Positions 55,304 to 64,000 of a stretch of 64,000 bases of DNA are shown here, piece by piece. The notes beneath the pieces are model-generated. The model saw only the letters and a list, made by a program, of their open reading frames with translations, ran no database searches and was not told the origin of the DNA. Each line of letters begins with the position of its first letter. Within the stretch, counting starts at the first letter, position 1. The DNA comes from an uncultured Candidatus Entotheonella sp. (GTDB lineage Bacteria; Tectomicrobia; Entotheonellia; Entotheonellales; Entotheonellaceae): the NCBI GenBank assembly GCA_965217185.1, contig OZ244252.1:2880001-2944000 (forward strand), given 5' to 3'. The translations under genes and the position numbers were made by a program.

Positions 55304-55678
55304 ATGCGATACTCGGATGCGGTTCACGATCATTTCGACAATCCCCGCAACATCGGTGCCATCGAACACCCCGACGCGGCGGCGGAAGTTTCCAACCCGG
55401 CCTGCGGCGACATCATGCACCTCACCCTGCGCATCGTCGATGCACGCATCACCGAGGCCAAATTCAAGACGATGGGCTGTCCGGCAGCCATCGCTGCCGG
55501 GTCGGTGACCACTGAACTACTCATCGGACGCAGCGTCAACGAACCCATACCGCTAACGCGCGTCGAGGTGAACGAGGCGCTCGGTGGCCTGAGCCCGCAG
55601 AAGGTGCATACGTCCGTCCTCGCCGAGGACGCCGTGAAGGCTGCTGTCAGGGACTACCATCGGCGGCAGGGGAAATAG
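55304..55678 (+). CDS. iscU: IscU/NifU N-terminal domain Fe-S scaffold
   Basis: DHFDNPRNIG, NPACGD, FKTMGCPAAIA; the third Cys position reads KVHTS. Confidence 0.85.
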   Translation: MRYSDAVHDHFDNPRNIGAIEHPDAAAEVSNPACGDIMHLTLRIVDARITEAKFKTMGCPAAIAAGSVTTELLIGRSVNEPIPLTRVEVNEALGGLSPQKVHTSVLAEDAVKAAVRDYHRRQGK

Positions 55679-55700
55679 CGCGGTACGCGACCGGCGGAGC

Positions 55701-55742
55701 AAAAAAAGGCCCGGGAAGGGAACTCCCCTTCCCGGGCCTTTT
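55701..55742. terminator. Bidirectional intrinsic terminator between iscU and nuoD
   Basis: aaaaaaaggcccgggaagggaactccccttcccgggcctttt. Confidence 0.88.
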
Positions 55743-55762
55743 GCTGTTGAATGCCTATTGTT

Positions 55763-56932
55763 CTACCGATCGATCTCGCCCAGCACGATGTCCAGACTGC
55801 CGACCACCGCGACGGCGTCGGCAATCAGCATGCCGCCGTGGTTCATGGCGTTCAGGGCGCTGATGGCGGTGAAACACGGCGAGCGCGCCTTGCAGCGGAA
55901 CGGTTTCTCGGTGCCGTCGCTGACCAGGTAGAAGCCCAACTCGCCGCGCGGCGATTCGGTGCGCAGATACGCCTCGCCCTTCGCCGGGCGAATGCGCCGC
56001 GGCATGGCCTCGTTGGGATCGCCGCCCGGCATTTGGTCGACGACCTGACGGATAATTTTCAGCGACTCCAGCATCTCGCGCACCCGCACGATGTAGCGAT
56101 CCCAGGCCGAGCCCAGGACGCCGAACTCGCCCGTTCCCACCGGCACGTCGAAATCAAAGCGCTCATAAATCCCGTAAGGCTCTTCCTTGCGCAGATCCCA
56201 TTTGACGCCGCTGCCGCGCAGATTCGGACCGCCGATGCCGTAACTAATGGCGTCCTCCACCGTCAGGATGCCGATCGAAGCGGCGCGCTCGATGAAGATC
56301 TTGTTCGACGACAACAGATCGTTCAATTCCTGGACGCGCGGCCCGAAATAGGTAACGAATTCCATCACCCGGTCGGTGTATCCCGCCGGCAGGTCGTGCG
56401 CCACGCCGCCGATCCACAGGTAGTTGTATAGCAGGCGTGCGCCGCTCGCCCATTCGAACAGGTCGAGGATTTTTTCGCGGTCGCGGAGGCACCAGAAGAA
56501 CGGCGTCATGGCGCCCAGGTCCAGACCATAAGTGCCGATAGCCAGCAAGTGACTGGCGATGCGCTGCAACTCGGCCATGAGCACGCGGATGTACTCCAGA
56601 CGATCCGGGAACTCCTTGAGCCCCATGAGCTTTTCCACCGCCAGCACGTATGCCAACTCCTGATTCATGGCGCTCAGGTAGTCCATGCGGTCGGCATAGG
56701 GGATCACCTGCGGATACGTCATCGCCTCGGCGTGCTTCTCGAAGCAGCGGTGCAGGTAGCCGATGTGCGGCGTAATATGCTTCACCAACTCCCCGTCCGT
56801 GACGATTTCGAGCCGCAACACGCCGTGCGTGCTGGGATGCTGCGGTCCCATCTGCAGGACCAGATCGTCGCCCTGCTGCTCATAACTAATGCGAAACTCA
56901 TCGCCGGCGGTTTGCCGTGCCATTGCGGACAT
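55763..56932 (-). CDS. nuoD: NADH-quinone oxidoreductase subunit D
   Basis: MGPQHPSTHGVLRL, GYLHRCFEK, ESPRGELG, DIVLGEIDR. Confidence 0.95.
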   Translation of the reverse strand: MSAMARQTAGDEFRISYEQQGDDLVLQMGPQHPSTHGVLRLEIVTDGELVKHITPHIGYLHRCFEKHAEAMTYPQVIPYADRMDYLSAMNQELAYVLAVEKLMGLKEFPDRLEYIRVLMAELQRIASHLLAIGTYGLDLGAMTPFFWCLRDREKILDLFEWASGARLLYNYLWIGGVAHDLPAGYTDRVMEFVTYFGPRVQELNDLLSSNKIFIERAASIGILTVEDAISYGIGGPNLRGSGVKWDLRKEEPYGIYERFDFDVPVGTGEFGVLGSAWDRYIVRVREMLESLKIIRQVVDQMPGGDPNEAMPRRIRPAKGEAYLRTESPRGELGFYLVSDGTEKPFRCKARSPCFTAISALNAMNHGGMLIADAVAVVGSLDIVLGEIDR

Positions 56933-56951
56933 GTTGGTTTCCTACTCGAGA

Positions 56952-57497
56952 TCAGGCCGTTGCGGTAGCGGATTTCTCGGACGCCTTGGCCTCTTTCTTG
57001 GCTGCTTCCGCCTCGTCGAATTTACGGGCTTTTTCTTCCAACTCGGCGGCGCGCTGCGGCGTCATGTTGACGAAGTGATAAACCAGGCCATAGCGGTCCG
57101 GCGAGGAATCCTCGAAGCTCGAGGTCATGTAAATGCACTCGGTGGGGCAGGGGAAGGTGCACAGGTCACAATAGCAGCACTTGACCATGTCGATGTCGAA
57201 TTTGGTGACGTGCAGGCGCTTCTTGTGGCCGGTGGTGGTCGCTTCGACCTCGTCGGGCACCGCCTTGACGGTGTCGATGCTGATGCACTGCACCGGGCAG
57301 ACGCGCTCGCACTGCAGGCAGCCGATGCAGTCGTCCATGTTCACGAACAGTTGCATGCGGGAGTTCGTCGGCAGTTCCCAGCGCTCCTCCGGGTATTGCA
57401 TGGTAACGGCCGGGACGAACAGTTTGCGCCACGTCATGCTCAGCCCCACCAAGGGCGTCCAGAAGCCTTCCCAGATGTTCCGAAAGTATTGCAGCAC
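56952..57497 (-). CDS. nuoI: NADH-quinone oxidoreductase subunit I
   Basis: TMQYPEE and two 4Fe-4S motifs (CIGCLQCERVCP, CCYCDLCTFPCP). Confidence 0.9.
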   Translation of the reverse strand: MLQYFRNIWEGFWTPLVGLSMTWRKLFVPAVTMQYPEERWELPTNSRMQLFVNMDDCIGCLQCERVCPVQCISIDTVKAVPDEVEATTTGHKKRLHVTKFDIDMVKCCYCDLCTFPCPTECIYMTSSFEDSSPDRYGLVYHFVNMTPQRAAELEEKARKFDEAEAAKKEAKASEKSATATA

Positions 57498-57512
57498 GGC
57501 TAAGTCCTTCGT

Positions 57513-58058
57513 TTAGGCGGGGTCCTCGCGGTCCTGAAAGCGATAAACGTCCATGCCGATCTCCGGCGGGTCACCCTCGTAGGGAACGGGTATGCCCTGA
57601 TAAAACTCCTGGACCTGATAATCCTTGAGCAGCGGGTGACCTTCCCAGTCATCCGGCAGCAGGATGCGGCGGTGGTCGGGGTGCCGGTCGAAACGCATGC
57701 CGAAAAGGTCGAATGCCTCCCGTTCGTGCCATTCGGCGGTGCGCCAGATGTCGCATACCGTGGGCACTACGCCGTCTTGCCGCGGCACATCCACTCGCAG
57801 GGTGATAGTGTGCCGGAGCGCGGTGGAGTGCAGATGATAGACGACACCGAGGCTGCTCTTCTCCGCGCCATAATCCACGCCGCTCAAACACATGAGTGAA
57901 TCGAACATCATGCCCGGCTCGCTGCGCAGATAAGCGCCAACGTCGTGGATGGCGGACACCTCGACCGTTACCGTCGGGTCGATAGCGTCGGCTTCAAAGG
58001 CCGTAACAGCCTCTCCAAAGCGCTGCTGAAGGGCGTCGTGAATCGCCTCAGGGGTCAT
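57513..58058 (-). CDS. nuoC: NADH-quinone oxidoreductase subunit C
   Basis: WHEREAFDLFG, HPDHRRILLPDDWEGHPLLKDY. Confidence 0.93.
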   Translation of the reverse strand: MTPEAIHDALQQRFGEAVTAFEADAIDPTVTVEVSAIHDVGAYLRSEPGMMFDSLMCLSGVDYGAEKSSLGVVYHLHSTALRHTITLRVDVPRQDGVVPTVCDIWRTAEWHEREAFDLFGMRFDRHPDHRRILLPDDWEGHPLLKDYQVQEFYQGIPVPYEGDPPEIGMDVYRFQDREDPA

Positions 58059-58087
58059 TGCTGATCAGGTCCTTAGGGAGGTAAGGT

Positions 58088-59398
58088 CTAGGATTTTCCG
58101 GCCTTGGCGCGCACGGCCCGGGAGCGGGCACGTGCCACGATAACTCGTTCTTCCTTGCTCAGATCCTTGAACGGACGGCTGAGCAGTTCCGGCGGCACCT
58201 CCGCCATGGGGTCGTCGCCGTCAGCGTCCACACCGGCAGTGGCCACAGCGGCGGGAGCCTCTTCTGCCGCGGGTTCGGGCGTTGCCGCGGCTGCCGGAGC
58301 GGCCGCGGCCGGCGCGGACTCAAGCAAGCCGGACTTGGCTCGCACGGCCCGCGAACGGGCGCGTGCCACAATCACGCGTTCTTCCTTGCTGAGTTCCTTG
58401 AACGGCTTTTGCAGAAGTTCGGGCGGGACTTCCGCCATCGGATCGGCCACGGCCTCGGGGGCGGCGGCAACGGCTTCTTCCTCAACCGGTGCCGCGGCTG
58501 GAGCGGTAGCGGGTGCAGCGGGGCTTTCCGCCGGGCCGGCAACCGGCACACCGGCCTTGGCGCGCATGGCCCGCGAACGGGCGCGCGCTACCAAGACCCG
58601 CTCTTCCTTGCTGAGTTCCTTGAACGGCCGGTTCATCAACTCGGCGGGCATCTCGAGCTCTTCCACCGCGGCAGCCGCTGCTGCCGGAGCGGCTGCCTCT
58701 GCGGGTGCAGCTTTCTTCGGGGCGGCCTTCGCAGGGGCAGCCTTAGCGGCCTTGGCTGCCGCCTTGGCGGCGAGCTGCGGAGCGGGGCGGATCAACTTCT
58801 CGGGTTCTTTGGGAATCTGGTACATGGCGCCGTGGCGGATTTTGTCCTGCAGCTTGACGAACGCCTCCAGCAGGGCCTCGGGACGCGGCGGGCAACCGGG
58901 TATGTACACATCCACCGGCACCACCTTATCGACTCCCTTGAGCACATGATAGCCGTGGTCCCAATAGGGGCCGCCGGCGCTGGCGCAGGCGCCCATGGAA
59001 ATGACGAATTTGGGTTCCGGCATCTGGGCGTACAGGCGTTTGATGCGGCTGGCCATCTTTAGCGTCACGGTGCCCGCGACGATCATCACGTCCGACTGGC
59101 GGGGCGAGGCCCGGAACGCCCCGGCACCGAGGCGGTCCAGATCGTACCGCGGCCCGCTGGTCGCCATCATTTCAATGGCGCAGCAGGCGAGGCCAAAGGT
59201 CATGGGCCACAGGGAGGAGAGCCGCGCCCAACTGAACAGCCAGGTCACACCCAGGAGCTTCATCAAGCGGGCCACCCGGTAGTTCTGCGCCCATTTGGTG
59301 AGCTCATCGGCTCGGGTGAGAAAGATCTGGTCGTCGATCTTCGTCCCCGCGAGCGCGCCTCTCTGTTGCGACCCAGGCAATGTGAAGCCTTTCACCAT
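58088..59398 (-). CDS. nuoB: NADH-quinone oxidoreductase subunit B with a long repetitive C-terminal extension
   Basis: [36 protein letters not shown], then a Pro/Ala-rich tail with three repeats. Confidence 0.92.
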   Translation of the reverse strand: MVKGFTLPGSQQRGALAGTKIDDQIFLTRADELTKWAQNYRVARLMKLLGVTWLFSWARLSSLWPMTFGLACCAIEMMATSGPRYDLDRLGAGAFRASPRQSDVMIVAGTVTLKMASRIKRLYAQMPEPKFVISMGACASAGGPYWDHGYHVLKGVDKVVPVDVYIPGCPPRPEALLEAFVKLQDKIRHGAMYQIPKEPEKLIRPAPQLAAKAAAKAAKAAPAKAAPKKAAPAEAAAPAAAAAAVEELEMPAELMNRPFKELSKEERVLVARARSRAMRAKAGVPVAGPAESPAAPATAPAAAPVEEEAVAAAPEAVADPMAEVPPELLQKPFKELSKEERVIVARARSRAVRAKSGLLESAPAAAAPAAAATPEPAAEEAPAAVATAGVDADGDDPMAEVPPELLSRPFKDLSKEERVIVARARSRAVRAKAGKS

Positions 59399-59642
59399 CG
59401 TGCTCTCTCCGTCAAACGCACTTGAATTTTGTGAAGGGATTGTGGCCTGCGCGGCCCGTAAAACGCCATAACCATAGCGCAGCAAGGTGCGCCGGTCAAC
59501 CGCTGGCTGACCCGTCGCCTTTGCACGAAAGGAGAAATCCGGCAATCCTGCCCGCCGAAGGGTAAGTGATTGATACGGAAGGTATTGCGGGCGATCCGGA
59601 CAGTCCGTGAGCGGATACCCGGAACGCCCGCTTGGCCGGGGC

Positions 59643-60752
59643 CTACTGGACGTAATCGTAGGAGCCGTTGCTCCACACGTAGAAGACGTAGCCAGGCGCG
59701 GTCACGTCGCCTTTGTCGTCGAAGCCGATATCGCCGAGCACGGTCGAGAACTGGTTGGCATTGAGTGCCTCAACCATCTTGTCGAAGTCCGTCGTGCCGG
59801 CCTTTTCAGCCGCCTGCGCCCACGCCTGAACGGCGCCGTACGTGTACAGCACGTAGCCTTCCGGCTCGATGCCGGCGTCGCGGAAACGCTTGACGATGGG
59901 GGCGGCGTCGGGATTCTTACGCGGGTCGAGGCTGAAGGTCATCAGCGTGCCCTCACCGACGCTGCCGGTAATTTGCCAGTACTCCTGGGTGACCAGGGCA
60001 TCGCCAGAGATCAACTGCGCTTGCAGCCCGCGATCGCGCGCCTGACGCAGAATCAGCCCGGCCTCGGTGTGGTAGCCGCCGACGTAGATAACGTCAATCT
60101 TATCGGCCCTCATCTTGGACACCAGGGCCGCGTAGTCTTTCTCGCCGGCGGTATAGGCCTCGTACATGGCTTCCTCGACACCGCGTTTTTGCAACTGCTT
60201 GCGGGTTTCGTCGGCCAGACCCTTGCCGTACGCGGTCTTATCGTGCAGGAGGGCGATTCTGGCGCCTGGGAAATTGTCTACGATGTAATTCCCCGCTACG
60301 ATGCCCTGCTGATCGTCCCGACCGCAGACGCGATAGGTACCCGGACCGCCTTCGTCGGTGAGCTTCGGATTGGTCGACGCCGGCGAAATCTGCACGATGC
60401 CTTCCTCGTCATACACCGCCGAAGCCGGGATGGACGAGCCGGAGCAGAAATGCCCGGCCATGAACACCACGCCCTTGTTCACCATCTGATTGGCCACGGC
60501 CACGGCCTGCTTAGGGTCGCAGGCGTCGTCGCCAAGTTCCAGCCGCAATTGCTGCCCCAGCACGCCGCCGGCGGCGTTGATATCCGCGACGGCCATCTCG
60601 GCGCCCGCCTTCATCTGCTCGCCGAACGAGGCATACTGGCCGGTCAGGGGACCGGCGGTGGCGATCACAATTTCCGCCTGGGCCGTCGAGGCGCCCAGAG
60701 CCAAAGCCGTTAACAGGGCCATTAAGGTTACGGTAAGTCCGCGCATCAGCAT
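59643..60752 (-). CDS. livK: Branched-chain amino acid ABC transporter substrate-binding protein
   Basis: Signal peptide, [37 protein letters not shown]. Confidence 0.9.
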   Translation of the reverse strand: MLMRGLTVTLMALLTALALGASTAQAEIVIATAGPLTGQYASFGEQMKAGAEMAVADINAAGGVLGQQLRLELGDDACDPKQAVAVANQMVNKGVVFMAGHFCSGSSIPASAVYDEEGIVQISPASTNPKLTDEGGPGTYRVCGRDDQQGIVAGNYIVDNFPGARIALLHDKTAYGKGLADETRKQLQKRGVEEAMYEAYTAGEKDYAALVSKMRADKIDVIYVGGYHTEAGLILRQARDRGLQAQLISGDALVTQEYWQITGSVGEGTLMTFSLDPRKNPDAAPIVKRFRDAGIEPEGYVLYTYGAVQAWAQAAEKAGTTDFDKMVEALNANQFSTVLGDIGFDDKGDVTAPGYVFYVWSNGSYDYVQ

Positions 60753-60797
60753 CCTCTCCTTATGTTCACATGAGTAGTGGAAGTCGCCCCGGAAGCA

Positions 60798-61151
60798 TCA
60801 GGCTGCGCCCGGCGTTTTCGCCCGCCAGGCAAACAGCCAGCGGCGTTCGTACATCCAGGGATACTGCTGAATCATCAGCCGTGCCCGATTGAGCCGGTAG
60901 GCGATGAACATGATGAACCACAGCACGGCGGTAGAAATCACGTATCCGCGTGCCGACAGGAATGCGCCCTCGAAAAGGGCGTAGGTGAGAAACCGCGACC
61001 CAAAGCCCAACAGCAGGCTGTAGGGCAGGGCAGGCCACAGCGATTTCCAAGTCTCGGCAAGGGCCCGCCCGGTCATCCATGAAGCGATGCCGAACAATAT
61101 AACATTTAGACCGATGAAAACACCAAGCGATGATCCCAGGAGGTCTTCCAA
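60798..61151 (-). CDS. Small membrane protein embedded in the liv operon
   Basis: Three TM segments; TGRALA.TW and QYPW.YER motifs. Confidence 0.8.
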   Translation of the reverse strand: MEDLLGSSLGVFIGLNVILFGIASWMTGRALAETWKSLWPALPYSLLLGFGSRFLTYALFEGAFLSARGYVISTAVLWFIMFIAYRLNRARLMIQQYPWMYERRWLFAWRAKTPGAA

Positions 61152-61155
61152 AGCC

Positions 61156-61875
61156 CTATGCTCCCTGATGCCCGCCTTCCAGGTAGGCGGCGTGAATCCT
61201 CGGGTTGGCGAGCAACTCGACCCCGGTTCCGGCCATGATGACCTCGCCCGTGGCCATGACGTACCCCCGGTGCGCCAGCCGCAAGGCGTGATAGGCGTTC
61301 TGCTCGACCAGGAAAATGGTCACCCCCTGCTGCTCGTTGATCTCCTTGATGACCGCGAACAACTGCTTGACGATCATCGGGGCGAGGCCGAGCGACGGCT
61401 CGTCGAGCAACAGGAGCTTCGGACGGCTCATCAGGGCACGGCCGATGGCGAGCATCTGCTGCTCGCCGCCGGAGAGCGTGCCGCCCCGCTGGTTGCGCCG
61501 CTCTTGCAGCAACGGGAACAGATTGAAAACGCTCGCCATGTCGTCGTCGAAATAAGCGTCCTCGGTAGACAGGGCACCCATGCGCAGATTCTCGATAACC
61601 GTCATACGCGGAAAGATGCGTCGCCCTTCCGGCGCCTGAGCAACGCCTCGATGAATGATATCGTGGGTCGGCAGGTCGGTGATGTCCTGGTCGTCGAAAT
61701 AAATGCGCCCGCTGGCGGCGCGCGGGTTGCCGCAGATGGTCATCAGCAGCGTCGACTTGCCGGCCCCGTTGGCGCCGATGAGGGTGACGATCTCGCCCTC
61801 TTGCACCTCGATGTCAACGCCCTTCAGCGCCTCGATCTGGCCGTAAAACGTATGGACGCCCTGAATGTTCAGCAT
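61156..61875 (-). CDS. livF: BCAA ABC transporter ATP-binding protein
   Basis: GANGAGKST, PEGRRIF, LSGGEQQM, DEPSLGLAP. Confidence 0.93.
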   Translation of the reverse strand: MLNIQGVHTFYGQIEALKGVDIEVQEGEIVTLIGANGAGKSTLLMTICGNPRAASGRIYFDDQDITDLPTHDIIHRGVAQAPEGRRIFPRMTVIENLRMGALSTEDAYFDDDMASVFNLFPLLQERRNQRGGTLSGGEQQMLAIGRALMSRPKLLLLDEPSLGLAPMIVKQLFAVIKEINEQQGVTIFLVEQNAYHALRLAHRGYVMATGEVIMAGTGVELLANPRIHAAYLEGGHQGA

Positions 61876-62777
61876 CACGAGTCTCCGCCGCCCGGCAAAG
61901 CGCTGTCGTCCGTTGCTTCCGGCTGCGCCTGCATGGTGTCGCTGACCACGGGCGGCAGGTCGCCCTCCTCTTCCTCGCCGAGGTAGGCGCGGATGACCGC
62001 CGGGTCGTTGCGCACCTCGACCGGGGTGCCGTCGGCGATTTTGCGCCCGTAATCCAACACCACGATGTGGTCCGAGATGCCCATGACCACGTTCATGTCG
62101 TGCTCGATGAGCAGCAGGCCGATGCCTTGCTCGTCGCGGATGCTGCGCAGCATTTCGTTCAGCTCTGCGGATTCGCGCGGATTGAGGCCGGCGGCGGGCT
62201 CGTCGAGGCACAGCAGCAGCGGGTCGTTGCACATGCAGCGGGCGATTTCGAGCTTGCGCTGAGCGCCGTAGGGCAGATTGCCCGCCTCCCAGTCCGCGAC
62301 GTCCAGGAGTTGCACCTTGTCCAGCCACTCGCGCGCCTTGTCGACAGCGCGCCGCTCGGCGCGGCGGTAGCGCGGCAGCCCCAGCAGCCCGGCGACCGTG
62401 AACGCCGAGGCCCGCATGAGGGCGTTGTGCTGCGCCACGATCAGGTTCTCCAGGACGGTCATGCGGCCAAACAGCCGGATGTTCTGAAACGTCCGCGCCA
62501 CGCCGCCACGCTGCGCGATGCGAAACCCTTCCATGCGTTCCAGCAGCATCGTGCCGCTAGGGTGGTTCAGGGCGATGCGCCCGATGGTGGGCTTGTAGAA
62601 ACCGGTCAGGCAGTTGAAAACCGTCGTTTTGCCGGCGCCATTCGGGCCGATGATGGCGGTGATTTCCCCCTTCCTGGCCTCGAAGGACAGGTCGTCGATG
62701 GCCACAATGCCGCCGAAGCGCATGGTCATGTGCTCAACGGTCACCAGCACGCTGCTATCGCTCGCCGCTTGCGTCAT
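61875..62777 (-). CDS. livG: BCAA ABC transporter ATP-binding protein
   Basis: GPNGAGKTT, RTFQNIRLF, LDEPAAGLN, IEHDM. Confidence 0.93.
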   Translation of the reverse strand: MTQAASDSSVLVTVEHMTMRFGGIVAIDDLSFEARKGEITAIIGPNGAGKTTVFNCLTGFYKPTIGRIALNHPSGTMLLERMEGFRIAQRGGVARTFQNIRLFGRMTVLENLIVAQHNALMRASAFTVAGLLGLPRYRRAERRAVDKAREWLDKVQLLDVADWEAGNLPYGAQRKLEIARCMCNDPLLLCLDEPAAGLNPRESAELNEMLRSIRDEQGIGLLLIEHDMNVVMGISDHIVVLDYGRKIADGTPVEVRNDPAVIRAYLGEEEEGDLPPVVSDTMQAQPEATDDSALPGGGDS

Positions 62778-64000
62778 GTCGCACCTCGTCCCCTGCCGTA
62801 GAGCAGCAGGGTCGGCTCGCGGTGGGCCAGCAGGCCGCGCGGGCGCCAGACCATGATGCCCACCATGGCGGCGCCGAACACCAGCATGCGGAACTGCGCC
62901 AGCTCGCGGCCCAACTCGGGCAGGACGATCAGCAGCGTCGCCGCCAGCACCACGCCGAGCTGGCTGCCCATGCCGCCCAGCACGACGATAGACAGGATGA
63001 TGGCCGACTCGATAAAGGTGAAACTCTCCGGGCTGATGAACCCCTGCCGGGTGGCGAAGAAGGCGCCCGCGAACCCCCCGAACAGCGCCCCCAGGCCGAA
63101 GGCCGTCAGCTTGGTGTTGGTCGGGTTGATGCCGAGCGACCGGCAGGCGATCTCGTCCTCGCGCAGCGCCTCCCAGCCGCGCCCGACGGGCAGCTTGCGA
63201 ATGCGCTGGGTAAACAAGTTGGTCAGCAGGGCCAGCCCCAGGATGAGGAAATACAGGAAGATCACCCGGTGCTCGCCGGAGTAGGGGATGTCGAAGTATT
63301 GATGAAACGCCGTGATGTCCTCGGTCGGACGGCGGGTGAATTCAAGGCCGAGAAAGGTCGGGCGGGGGATGCGGGATATGCCGTCGGGGCCGTTGGTGAC
63401 CTCGTACCAGTTGAGCAGGATGAGCCGGATGATCTCGCCGAAGCCGAGCGTCACGATGGCCAGGTAGTCGCCGCGCAGCCGCAGCACCGGAAAGCCGAGC
63501 AGCACGCCCGCCAGGGCCGCGAACACGCCGGCCAGGGGCAGGCAAATCCAGAAGGACAATCCGAATTCCGTGGACAGCAGGGCGTAGGAATAGGCGCCGA
63601 CCGCGTAGAAGGCCACGTAGCCCAGGTCCAGCAGGCCGGCCAGACCGACCACGATGTTCAGCCCCCAGCCGAGCATGACGTAGATGAGGACGGTGGTTGC
63701 CGTGTCGATGAGGTAGCGGTTGGAAAACGGCATGAACGGCATGACGATGGCGATGGCCAGAATGACGATGCCGATGGTTGTGGAACCTTGCGAGGCGCCG
63801 CGTGCGATGCGGTCCATCAAGCCAGGGCCGCCGTCACCGCGAGGCAGGCCGCCGCGGCGCTCGCGCAGCACGATCAGCACGATGCGGCCGAGGAACACAA
63901 ACGCCACGGGGACAATGACGAAGAGGGGTCGGAACTCAAGGCTGAGCCCGGTGACGGCTTCGGTGGTCCTGAAGCCGCCCATCGGCAGCGCCAGCATCAA
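62774..64000 (-). CDS. livM: BCAA ABC transporter permease (5' end outside the window)
   Basis: GLNIVVGLAGLLDLGYVAFY, LRGDYLAIVTLGFGEI, ALREDEIA. Confidence 0.92.
   Translation of the reverse strand: MMLALPMGGFRTTEAVTGLSLEFRPLFVIVPVAFVFLGRIVLIVLRERRGGLPRGDGGPGLMDRIARGASQGSTTIGIVILAIAIVMPFMPFSNRYLIDTATTVLIYVMLGWGLNIVVGLAGLLDLGYVAFYAVGAYSYALLSTEFGLSFWICLPLAGVFAALAGVLLGFPVLRLRGDYLAIVTLGFGEIIRLILLNWYEVTNGPDGISRIPRPTFLGLEFTRRPTEDITAFHQYFDIPYSGEHRVIFLYFLILGLALLTNLFTQRIRKLPVGRGWEALREDEIACRSLGINPTNTKLTAFGLGALFGGFAGAFFATRQGFISPESFTFIESAIILSIVVLGGMGSQLGVVLAATLLIVLPELGRELAQFRMLVFGAAMVGIMVWRPRGLLAHREPTLLLYGRGRGAT

Noticed and set aside
55763..59398. Group 4 NiFe hydrogenase
   Set aside because: The large subunit lacks the N- and C-terminal CxxC Ni ligands and has typical NuoD motifs.

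Overview
GC-rich bacterial chromosomal window made up mostly of housekeeping and metabolic genes: murA, pobA, gcvT-H-PA-PB, xth, rarA, metG, a fused indolepyruvate oxidoreductase, a fused glyQS, cca, comF, amgK/murU-like genes, iscSU, a four-gene nuoB-C-I-D unit and livMGF-X-K. The gene mix suggests a deep-branching, possibly sponge-associated lineage such as Ca. Tectomicrobia/Entotheonella, but that is unverified inference. Accessory features are: (i) the 3' end of a long acidic coiled-coil repeat gene; (ii) a low-GC orphan PD-(D/E)XK-like gene after metG; (iii) two copies of a 1496-bp IS, one splitting a MetE-like gene and one inside a REP doublet; (iv) a vapBC module; (v) an island at 42.3-47 kb, where a DUF3015/DUF4105 cassette lies between an intact membrane-protein gene and a diverged internal fragment of the same gene, followed by a 114-bp MITE, another IS and an IS3-like relic. 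The most unusual observations are the apparent gene-replacing integration, a NuoB with three helical C-terminal repeats, the orphan nuclease candidate and an unannotated 38-aa very basic peptide. I saw no rRNA, tRNA or CRISPR array. All family assignments come from motif recognition, not database searches.
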